Shown one piece after another: positions 53,770-63,349 of a stretch of 64,000 nt of DNA. Origin of the DNA: Mobula birostris (lineage: Eukaryota); NCBI RefSeq assembly GCF_030028105.1, contig NC_092379.1:20189309-20253308 (forward strand), written 5' to 3'. A program made the position numbers and the translations under genes. Under the pieces are notes generated by a model, which was given only the letters and a program-made list of their open reading frames with translations, did not search any database and was not told the DNA's origin. Position 1 is the stretch's first letter. The number at the start of each line of letters is the position of its first letter.

Positions 53770-54280
53770 AACCTACAACACAGAACAGTACAGCACAGGA
53801 ACAGGCCCTTCAGCCCATGATGACTGTGACAACTACAACACCAAATTAATCTGAACCAAACTATCTGCACAGAATCCATATCCCTCCATATCCTGAATGG
53901 TCATGTGCTTTTTCAAATGTGTCTCAACTGTACTATCATGCTGATTCACCACCACTCCTGCCAGTGCATTCCAGGCAGCTGTCACTCTGTGTAAAAATAC
54001 AACCCACAAATCTCCTTTGAATGTTATACACCTCATCTTAAATCTCTGTCCTTTTGGATATGATGTTTTACCCTGGGAAAATGACTCTTGACTGTCAACC
54101 TTATCGATGACTCTTACACTTTTATAAGCCTTGCTCAGGTTGCCTCTCAGCCTACGCTCCAGAGTAAACAGTCAACGATTGTTCAACCTCTCCTTACAGC
54201 TAATATTATCTAATCCAGGCAATGTGCTTGTGGACGTCTTTTTCACCCTCTCCAAAGCCTCCACATCCTTACAATAGAGC
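53770..54280 (-). mobile_element. CR1 3' end
   Basis: ACAGGCCCTTCAGCCCA tail; HRVTAAWNAL. Confidence 0.75.
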
Positions 54281-54659
54281 AACCAGAACTGAGGGGTTCA
54301 AGAAGTTTCACCCAGGTTAATGTAGGCATGAAAACCTATGCTTTAACTTGGACAAAAAGCAATCTGCACACTGCTCTTACCTGGTCCCATGAAATTCTCC
54401 CAGTAGAGACACTCACTGTCTCCTTGATGCTGGAATGTACTGGATTCAACTTTTGGGCTCTTTCCTGTGAAAACAGGGGGACATTTTGACCTCATTAGTA
54501 AGATGTGAAAGGTTTAGATGCTCAAATACACCCTGGAAAGGAGGGTCATGAGAAGGTTGAAGGGTAAAGTATATTTCCACCTTACAGATGATTAAAATAC
54601 CTGATAGGGTGGAGGAGAAAGGTGGTTCATTCTTCAGGGGGATTAAAACTATTGTAAAT

Positions 54660-54900
54660 AATCACTAATCATCCCACTCTCTTTATCTCTTCCTCTCTTT
54701 ATCTCTCTTTCACTCTCCTGTTCTCCCCACACTCACTGCATATCCATATCATTTTTCTATCTCATTCCTCTTTCCCCTTTCTGTCATCCCTCTCATCACT
54801 TCCTCCCCATTTCATTCTTTCCCACTTCTTGTCTCTTATCCTCTTCCTCCTTCACTCTCTGTATGTTCCCCTTTCTTTATTTTCCCTTCACTTTTCTGTT
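54660..54900. repeat. CT-rich low-complexity tract
   Basis: Continuous polypyrimidine sequence. Confidence 0.85.
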
Positions 54901-55029
54901 CATCACCCAATCCCAAACTCTTTCTCAGGAATTGTTGTTTTCCAGCGGTAGCAGTTGGGCCCAGACCGGTCACCTGCTGTCAAGTATATCAGATCGTCAC
55001 ACTCAACTAGTTTCTGCCTTCACTCTCAT

Positions 55030-55925
55030 CAGTATCAGAAGCACATTTAATATCACTGATGTATGTAGTGAAATTTGTTGTATTGTGGCAGCAGTACAGT
55101 GCAACACATAAAATCATCAATTACAATAAGATACATGTATATATAACTCATGCAAATCAAGAGCAAAAATATGAGTTAGTGTTCATAAGTTGATTCATTG
55201 CCTGTTCAGAAATCTGATGGCAGAGGGGAAGAAGCTGTTCCTGAAATTTTGAGTGTGTGTCTCCAGGCTCCTGTACCTCCTCTCTGATGGTAGTAATAAG
55301 AAGGCAGTATGTCTGGTATATTGTCGGTCTTTAATGATGGATGCCAGCTCTTTGAGGCATTGCCTTTTGAAGATGTCCTCAGTGCTGGGGAAGATGGTGC
55401 CCATGATGGAGCTGGCTGAGTTTGCAACTCTCTGCAGCTTTTTCTGATCCTGTGCAGTGGCCTGTCTGTACCAGATAGTGATGCAACCACACTGAATGCT
55501 CTCCATAGTACAACTGTAAAAATTTGCAAGAGTATTTGGTGACATACCAAGTCAACTCAAACTCCTAATGAATTTTAACCTCTAATGTTCTTTCTTTGTC
55601 ACTTCATCAATAAGTTGGACCCAGGATAGATCTTTAGCGATGTTGACAGTCAGGAATTTGAAACTTCTCACCCTTTCCACTGCTGATCCCTCAATGATAC
55701 CTGGTGTGTCTTCCCCCCATGTTCCCTTCACGAAGGCCACAATCGATTCATTATTCTTACTGACATTGAGTGAAGGTCACTGTTGTGACACCACTCAGCC
55801 AGCCGACCTATCTCACTTCTGTACCCCTCCTCGTCACCATCTGAGATTCTGCCAACAACAGACAAATGTGAAGATGGCATTTGAGCTGCGCTGAGCCACA
55901 CAGTCATGGGTGTAGAGAGAGTAGA
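55030..55925 (-). mobile_element. Rex1/Babar RT/3' fragment
   Basis: ORF 55195-55545 TLANFYSCTMESIQCGCITIWY...KKLQRVAN. Confidence 0.85.
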
Positions 55926-57929
55926 GTGGAGCATGTCCCATATCTCACTTCAGAATGGGACAGAGGCAGTGGGAGCTGGAATGGCATAGCCAGCTGTGAG
56001 ATTTTTAACTTACAGCTGTAAGCCAGGAAAATTTTAAACAACCTGTAATAAATACAAGCCAATGGTAGGTCGAGGCAGGAACATATGAAAATACTCAGGG
56101 GTGGTGAGAAACATAAGGAGGTAAACTGCCCACTGTCACAGAGGTTATTTGGAGAGGTCTTGTTTCTGCTGTTCCAGCTGACTGACACAGATTCCATAAG
56201 GGAATAATCAATCCCAATGGACAGAGAGGGAATGTAGAAGGTTTACTTTGGATGAGAGACCACTGGCAGGTTTGGTTTCTAATTAATCCTGAGGCTAAAG
56301 GTCTAAATGTGCTGCAGTTAATGGGGAAAACAGGGATACAAGGGATGGATATTACGCTGCTATAGAGTGGAGATCTAATTAGACCACATCTGGAGCAGTG
56401 GCTGTGATTTTTGGCATCCCCCCTCAGGACAGATGTGTCTTCCTTGGAGAGGGGTTTGTGTGTATGAGGGCCAGTGAAGTGCTACTGGGACTGGGATAGA
56501 ATATTCGGTGTGGTCTCTTGTTCCCTGAAGTGTGGAAAAATTGAAGGCCAGTGTAATTGGGGAGTTTAAATATATTCAAGAATGACACAGAAGAATAACA
56601 CAAAGAATCTGTTACTTCAGGATATACAGGGCACTGGAAATCTAGAACTCTCCCTGGGAAGTGGTCAAGACCGGGGAGGTAGGGGTGGGAGGTGTCAGCT
56701 GAAACTTCAAAATTACTAGAATTTTATTTGAGTTCAATTATTAAAATATGTGGAGCCAAGGAGGATAAATGGAGCTCGGACACAGGTCAGCTTAAGAGGG
56801 AATAGACTGGAGGGCTGAACAACCTCCTTCTGACACTCTGTGCACAAGATAAGTTTGAACCGAATCTCTGTGTGCAGCTGTTGATTTACCAGAAACACAT
56901 TTCATATTTTCATTCTTGACAGGCGGATGAAACTGGACAGTGATGTAGGGCATATTTGGAGATGTGACTTGACTTAATCTGAACAGGGGGCATTCCAGAG
57001 GAAATAGGCTTACTACAAACATTTGTAGAAAGAATAAGCTCGCTGCTCAAGGCATGGAAATACTTTTTTGATTCAGGGACCAATACAAATAAACAATTCT
57101 TGTATTACTGAAAAGAGGATTGACTAATGGGACTGAAAGTCTGAAGGGAGAAGGCATCCATGTAAGTATGGAGACATCTGTCCTCTGAGAAGTAACAATA
57201 TAAAGCTGATTTGAACCAAATTTAAATATTGGGTCCGATGGAAAGAAAACAGAGATTGGCTCAGATTATTTAATCTGCAAGCAGGAAATTTGTGCTCTGG
57301 CCCAATGCCATTATAATGATGCTTTCAACTAAACTGCTTCAGTACAGATATAACACCGACATCTGCATAAGAATGGGAAAAATTGCCCAGTATGTCCATT
57401 CTCGAAATACAGGACAAACTTAATTAGACAGTAATGGCCCAATTCGTCTACACAATCTTCAGTAAAGTGATGGGAGCCATATTTGACAGTGTTGGAAAGT
57501 GGCACTTACTCACCGAATAACCTAATCACCAATGACTAGTTTAGGTGTTGCTGGTACCACTTGGTTCTTCAGTGATCAAACCTGTTGTCTTATCTGTTGC
57601 TATCAATTCCTCTGGCAACACATTCCAGGTATCAACTACAATTTTGCCTCATAAATCTCATTTATACATTCCCCCACCCCTCACCTGAAACCTCTGCCCT
57701 CTGGGCATTTAATGTTTCTACTCTAGAAAAAAGTCTGTGACCATCAATGCTCCTCATAAATTTACATGCTTCTATCAGTCCATCCCACTGTTTCCAAAGC
57801 TCCAGCAAAAACAGTCCAAGTTTATCTAACCTCTCCTGACAGCTGATATGTTCCGATCCAAACAACACTCAACTGAATCTACTCTTCACCCTTTCCAAAG
57901 AATCCACATCATTCCTGTAATGCAATGGC

Positions 57930-58760
57930 TAGAATGTTACCTGCTGTAAACGTGAAATTAGCAAACAAGCTCAAGATAAGCTGGACAATTTTGGAAGGGA
58001 TCCTGTATGATCTGAGAATTCAGCAGAGGCTCTCCCCGTGGATGCTTTCAGAAGCCTTTTCAAAGTCCATGAAATGTATGTACAGTTGTCTCTGCCACTC
58101 TGTGCACTGCTCTGTGATGTTATGCAGCATGAAGATCCGGTTGACAGAGCCTCTATTTTTCCTGAAGCCAACTTCAATCACACATTGGATGTAATCCATT
58201 GGACAGTGACTTTGGTCGGACAAAAGTGTGATGCCACACCGGTTGTTGCAATCACTTAGTGCTCCTTTCTTGGGGATCCTAACTCCCTTTGTCCAGTCCA
58301 TGGGCACTTGTCCCCGTTCCCAGATTATAGTGAACAGTGGTTGCAGGATGACTGCTGCAACTTTTGGTTCAGCTTTGAACAGTTCGGATTTCAAATTGTC
58401 ATATTCTGGAGCTTTGCTGTTTCTTAATGATTTAATCACAGTAACAATCCCTTCTTTCTTGGGTGGATCTGCATTGATGTCAAGGTCCTCTGCATCTACT
58501 CAGTTATTCTCTGAAATATCCTGTCCATCGTGCTTCATGCTCTTGTCTAAAGCAGACCATTCTTACCTCTCACGGGGCTACTGGATCTGGCTTGGAACTT
58601 CTTGCATACAAATTTTGAAACCTTGTATATATTTTCCTGATCACGTTGACTGGCTGCTGCTGTGGCTGCCATGCAAGGCCTTCCATGTAGACTCTCTTAT
58701 CCATTCTTCAAAACTCTTCGCTTTCTTGTTAGCTTCAGTGAATGCCAATTGAAGTTTCAT
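57930..58760 (-). mobile_element. RTE-clade LINE fragment (non-BovB)
   Basis: ORF 58020-58439 KAPEYDNL...IPKKGALSDCNN..GITLLS...GFR...FMDFEKA. Confidence 0.8.
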
Positions 58761-58784
58761 CTTAATTCATGTTGACTTTGCATT

Positions 58785-60120
58785 GAAACATAGAAACATG
58801 GGAAACCTACAGCACAATACAGATCCTTCGGCCCACAAAGTTGTGCCGAACATGTCTCTACCTTAGAAATTACTAGGCTTACCCATAGCACTCTATTTTT
58901 CCAATCTCCATGTACGTATCTAAAAGTCTCTTAAAAGACCCTATCGTATCCACCTCCACCACCGTTGCTGGCAGCCCATTCCACGCAATCACCACTCCCT
59001 GCATAAAAAACTTACCCCTGACATCTCCTCTGTACCTACTCCCCAGCACTTTAAACCTGTGTCCTCTTGTGGCAACCATTTCAGCCCTGGGAAAAAGCCT
59101 CTGACTATCCACATGATCAATGACTCTCATCATCTTATACACATCTATCAGGTCACCTCTCATCCTCTGTCATTCCAAGGAGAAAAGATGGAGTTCACTC
59201 AACTTGTTTTCATAAGGCATGCTCCCCAATCCAGGCAACATCCTTGTAAATCTCCTCTGCACCCTTTCTATGGCTTCCACATCTGTCCTGTAGTGAGGCG
59301 AATAGAACTGAGCACAGTACTCCAAGTGGGGTCTGACCAAGGTCCTATACAGCTGCAACATTACCTCTTGGTTTCAAAATTTAATTCCCCGATTAATGAA
59401 GGCCAATGCACCGTATGCCTTCCTAACCACAGAGTCAACCTGCACAGCTGCTTTGAGCATCCTATGGACTCAGACCCCAAGAGCCCTCTGATCCTCCACA
59501 CTGCCAAGAGTCTTACCATTAATACTATATTCTGCCATCATATTTGACCTCTCAAAATTAACCACTTCACACTTATCTGAGTTGAACTCCATCTGCCACT
59601 TCTCAGCCCAGTTTTGCATCCTATCAATGTCCCGCTGTAACCTCTGACAGCCCTCCATACTATCCACAACACACCCAACCTTTGTGTCATCAGCAAACTT
59701 ACCCATCCCTCCACTTCCTCATTCAGGTCATTTATAAAAAGCACGAAGAGTAAGGGTCCCAGAACAAATCTCTGAGGCACACCACTGGTCACCGAACCCC
59801 AAGCAGAATATGACTCATCTACAACCACTCTCTGCCATCTGTGGGCAAGCCATTTCTGGATCCACAAAGCAATGTCTCCTTGCATACCCTGCCTCCTTAC
59901 ATTCTCAATAAGCCTGGCATGGGGTACCTTATCAAATGCCTTGCTGAAATCCATATACACTACATCTACTGCTCTTCCTTCATCAATGTGTTTACTCATA
60001 TCCTCAAAAAAATCAATCAGTCTCGTAAGGCACGACCTACCCTTGACAAAGCCATACTGACTATTCCTAATCGTATTATACCTCTCCAAATGTTCATAAA
60101 TCCTGCCATTCCAATACCTT
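58785..60120 (-). mobile_element. CR1 RT + 3' end
   Basis: QYGFVKGRSCLT, VYMDFSKAFDKVPH, FADDTK, LVRPHLEYC, RGDLIDVYK. Confidence 0.92.
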
Positions 60121-60611
60121 TGAGTTAGTCAAGTTAAGATTCACACAAGTAGAGAGTTTGTTTTTACAATTTTGAACACTTTCTTCCTAATTTTCCATCT
60201 TTCCTCTAAGGCTGTCTGTGTTTCCAACTGTATCCATTCTTTGTTTTTCTTTCCAGCTCTGCAATATAGACAAGCCTCACTGATCTCCTTGAACATTGAC
60301 GCCATCTGCTTCCACATTGTGTTGATCTTGTCGACTGACAGATATTCCCCTTAGAGACATGGACTCAGAAACACCAGTCTGTGGTCAGATGTCCCCTTTA
60401 TAGAGAGGAACCTGGCACTAAAATTCATGTTGTCAAGTCCAAAAGAGAAAATTTCTGATCAGTCAGTGCATATTCCAACCATTTCCACCAGGGATTCCTG
60501 TTTAACATTGATTCTTGTGGATTGGGTGCAGTCAGAAGATTGTGTGGTAACTCTTTTTTGTTGCTTATTACGTTTTCTTGCACAGACCAGTCTCTCTAGA
60601 CCGTCACTAAG

Positions 60612-60925
60612 GAGGATATTTGTCCGTTAACTGAGGGATATCTGTCCACTGACGGGTATCTCTCAGCCCCTGTCTCTCAGGGAGTTATCTCTCGTGTCTT
60701 TCTGCCCGCCTCTCTGGTGAATATCTGGATATATGTTGAAAGACTGGTATCTTTCAGTCCATCTCTCAGGGGGATATCTGTCCACTGACTGGTTTCTCTC
60801 AGTGAGATACCTTTCCACTAACTAATGTCTTGCCGTCTCTGTCTGTAAAGGGTATATCTGTCCACTGACCGGTGTCTCTCGATCGCTATCTACAGAGGGA
60901 TACCTGTGAACTGGCTAGTGTTTCT
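60612..60925 (+). repeat. Dispersed degenerate repeat GGATATCTGTCCACTGAC upstream of the V promoter
   Basis: Near-perfect copies at 60636, 60772, 60852; weaker copies at ~60614, ~60804, ~60898. Confidence 0.75.
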
Positions 60926-61184
60926 CATTGTCCCTCGCTGGGATTCTGTGTGTTTCAGTTTACACAAACTGTTCATCGCTGAAATTGTTGAATCGAGCAG
61001 AGTGTGACAGATCTTTAATCCGGATCTGGTCACTGCCACTGACCTGCCACCTGTTTCAGAGACAAACATCTTTTGGGGAATTGAAAGCGCTGCTGTGGGT
61101 GGGGACAGGAAGCTGCGCCTCTGGTTTCAGTGTGTGAGAGCCTGTTCAAACCGCGGCTCCCTCTCTCACTCACAGCCCACGTCC

Positions 61185-61193
61185 CTATTTAAA
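61185..61193 (+). promoter_or_regulatory. TATA-like box of the V1 promoter
   Basis: CTATTTAAA about 90 nt upstream of the leader ATG (61282); no octamer seen nearby. Confidence 0.5.
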
Positions 61194-61281
61194 CAGAGCT
61201 CACTGCGGCTCCGGACAAAGCCGGCCTGAGCTGAAGTCGCCGATCTCAAAATTGTCCAAGTCTGGCTCAGTGTTCAGGGCG

Positions 61282-61327
61282 ATGGGGGTCGTTCCTTATC
61301 TCTGTCTCCTCCTGTCTTGTCTGGCAG
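61282..61327 (+). CDS. IGHV: IgW-type VH leader exon (V1): [15 protein letters not shown](G)
   Basis: 46-nt hydrophobic leader exon, phase-1 GT donor at 61328, polypyrimidine/AG acceptor at 61435-61436. Confidence 0.92.
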
Positions 61328-61436
61328 GTGGGTGTCCCGCGGCTTGTCGCCCTCCCGGGACCGGCTGTTTCTCGGAGGCTTTGTGAACCTCTGCCCGTGG
61401 AACATTTTATTAATTTCTGCTCTTTTTTATTGACAG

Positions 61437-61780
61437 GCGTGCGGTCCGACATCGTGCTGACACAGCCCGGGTCAGCGGTGGTAAAGCCCGGGCAGTCCCA
61501 CAGACTGACCTGTGCGGTCAGTGGGTTCGACATCAGCAGCCGCTACATGTACTGGGTGAAACAGGTCCCCGGGAAAAAGATGGAGCGGTTGGTAACGTAT
61601 TATAGTGAAAGTTACAAGGATTACGCGCCTGGAGTCCAGAGCCGCTTCACCGCTTCCAAGGGCGGCAGCAACTTTTATCTGCAAATGAACAACCTGAGAC
61701 TGGACGACACGGCCACCTACTACTGTGTGAAAGGCTGCTATTACGACGAGTGGGGTACTATACAGAGTTACTATAGGTGG
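61437..61780 (+). CDS. IGHV: IgW-type VH exon (V1), open, apparently germline-joined to D sequence: [11 protein letters not shown]...LTC...W...YYC-VKGCYYDEWGTIQSYYRW
   Basis: Canonical FR1 Cys, FR2 Trp and DTATYYC; DIVLTQP...HRLTCAVSGF and WVKQVPGK resemble cartilaginous-fish IgW V; 18 codons after the second Cys before the heptamer. Confidence 0.9.
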
Positions 61781-61819
61781 CACAGTGTGAGAGATGGCGG
61801 CTCCCTCCATATACAAACC
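61781..61819 (+). other. 23-RSS after V1-D
   Basis: CACAGTG + 23-nt spacer + ATACAAACC; spacer identical to that of the D at 62867. Confidence 0.9.
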
Positions 61820-61885
61820 TACCGCACAAAACTCTTTAAATTGGGCTCTTCGGGCCGCTCCACCGGCCTTTATCCGAAAGTCAGC

Positions 61886-62016
61886 CTGACGAAGGGTCTC
61901 GGCCTGAAACATCGACTGTACCTCTTCCTAGAGATGCTGCCTGGCCTGCTGCGTTCACCAGCCACTTTGATGTGTGTTGCTTGAATTTCCAGCATCTGCA
62001 GAATTCCTGTTGTTTG
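61886..62016 (+). mobile_element. Penelope-type terminal-repeat insertion with hammerhead core, replacing the 5' half of V2
   Basis: CTGACGA-AGGGTCTCGGCCT-GAAAC-ATC-GACTG...GATGCTGCCTGGCCTGCTG...CAGCATCTGCAG; left junction shares GCCTGA with the native flank. Confidence 0.8.
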
Positions 62017-62180
62017 AGCTACTACATGAGCTGGGTGAAACAGGTCCCGGGAAAGGGCTGGAGTGGCTGGCGGCTATATCGGGTGGTGGTAGCAAGTATT
62101 ACGCGCCTGGAGTCCAGAGCCGGTTCACCGCTCCTAAGGAGAGCAGCAACTTTTATCTGCAAGTGAACAACCTGCGAGTG
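62017..62180 (+). pseudogene. IGHV: IgW-type V2 pseudogene (CDR1 to mid-FR3)
   Basis: [10 protein letters not shown], -1 frameshift (CCCGGG vs CCCCGGG), [25 protein letters not shown]...LQVNNLR; lacks DTAxYYC and V-RSS. Confidence 0.9.
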
Positions 62181-62195
62181 TCTGAGAGGGGCGGA

Positions 62196-62279
62196 GGTTA
62201 TCGTACGGCGGTGTATCACTGTGACTGTGCTATGGGATGGCACAGTGTGAAAGATGGCAGCTCCCTCCATACAAAAACC
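62196..62279 (+). other. IGHD: D segment ACTGTGCTATGGGATGG (62224-62240) with 5' 12-RSS and 3' 23-RSS
   Basis: GGTTATCGT-12-CACTGTG | D | CACAGTG-23-ACAAAAACC (consensus nonamer). Confidence 0.92.
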
Positions 62280-62402
62280 TACCGCACAAAACTCTTGGAA
62301 TTGGGCTTTTCGGACGCTTCCACCGGCCTTTACTCCGAAAGCCGGCCTGAGCTGAAGCCGCTAATCTCAACAGCGTCCGAGTCCGGCTCAGTGCTCAGGG
62401 CG

Positions 62403-62820
62403 ATGGGGGTCATTACTCACCTGTCTCCTCCTGTCTTGTCTGGCAGGTGGGTGTCCCGCGGCTTGTCGCCCTCCCGAGACCGGCTGTTTCTCGGAGGCTT
62501 TGTGAATCTCTGCCCGTGGAACATTTTATTAATTTCTGCTATTTTTTTTATTGATAGGCGTGCGGTCCGACATCGTGCTGACACAGCCCGAGTCAGCGGT
62601 AGCAAAGCCCGGAGACTCGCACAGACCGTCCTGTGCAGTCAGTGGGTTCGATATCAACAACTACTACATGAGCTGGGTGAAACAGGTCCCGGGAAAGGGC
62701 TGGGGTGGTTGGTTGCGTATAGAATAGAAACGTACATGTACTTCGCGCCTGGAGTCCAGAGCCGATTCACCGCTTCCAAGGAGAGCAGCAGCTTTTATCT
62801 GCAAATGAGCAACCTGAGAG
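62403..62820 (+). pseudogene. IGHV: IgW-type V3 pseudogene (leader 62403-62446, V exon from 62558)
   Basis: Leader is 44 nt (2-nt deletion); same -1 FR2 frameshift and same FR3 truncation as V2. Confidence 0.9.
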
Positions 62821-62838
62821 GGTTGTGAGAGGGGCAGA

Positions 62839-62919
62839 GGTTATCGTACGGCGGTGTATCACTGTGACTATACTGGGTGGCACAGTGTGAGAGATGGCGG
62901 CTCCCTCCATACACAAACC
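62839..62919 (+). other. IGHD: D segment ACTATACTGGGTGG (62867-62880) with 5' 12-RSS and 3' 23-RSS
   Basis: GGTTATCGT-12-CACTGTG | D | CACAGTG-23-ACACAAACC. Confidence 0.92.
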
Positions 62920-63254
62920 TACCGCAACAAAACACCTTAAATCGGGCTCTTCGGTCGTTTCCACCGGCCTTTACCCCGGGATCCGTGGATATAAATCAGA
63001 CCCCGAGTGGATAATCTGGGAGTGGGTACAAGTTCCACTGGAGATGTGTCCGGAAGGGAACGGGACCACCGAGGAGGAGCTGTCAGTGGAAGCCCAGTGA
63101 AAGGTCCCGCTGGGTTATATCACCTCCACTTCAGGACTGGGATGGCAGAGATTGAGACCCGCTGTGTGGGACACCCGGACACAGGGGGAGGTTTTAATAA
63201 ATCCGCTGGCCGGTTCTGGGATCCACTGGATTTCAGGCTGGATTTGATGAAGAC

Positions 63255-63282
63255 GGTTTGTGACGTGTGGTGAAGCACTGTG
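63255..63282 (+). other. 12-RSS preceding the (D)J segment
   Basis: GGTTTGTGA + 12-nt spacer CGTGTGGTGAAG + CACTGTG. Confidence 0.8.
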
Positions 63283-63349
63283 TCTGGCCTATCGAACTGT
63301 GACAATTATATGTACTGCGGCGGAGGAACCTCGCTGACAGTGACTTCAG
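63283..63349 (+). CDS. IGHJ: (D-)JH segment SGLSNCDNYMYCGGGTSLTVTS with phase-1 splice donor
   Basis: xGxGT...LTVTS J motif with Cys at the Trp position; G|GTAAG donor at 63350; 48-nt J core 63302-63349. Confidence 0.85.

Noticed and set aside
55150-55157. Ig octamer ATGCAAAT
   Set aside because: Lies inside a Rex1/Babar 3' tail about 6 kb from the V leader
61974-62828. 284-aa ORF spanning V2-D-V3
   Set aside because: Chance read-through of repeat, frameshifted V fragments, RSS and intron; not a gene
63190-63230. Possible extra RSS (GGTTTTAAT ... CACTGGA)
   Set aside because: Spacer is 25 nt and the heptamer lacks the essential GTG end
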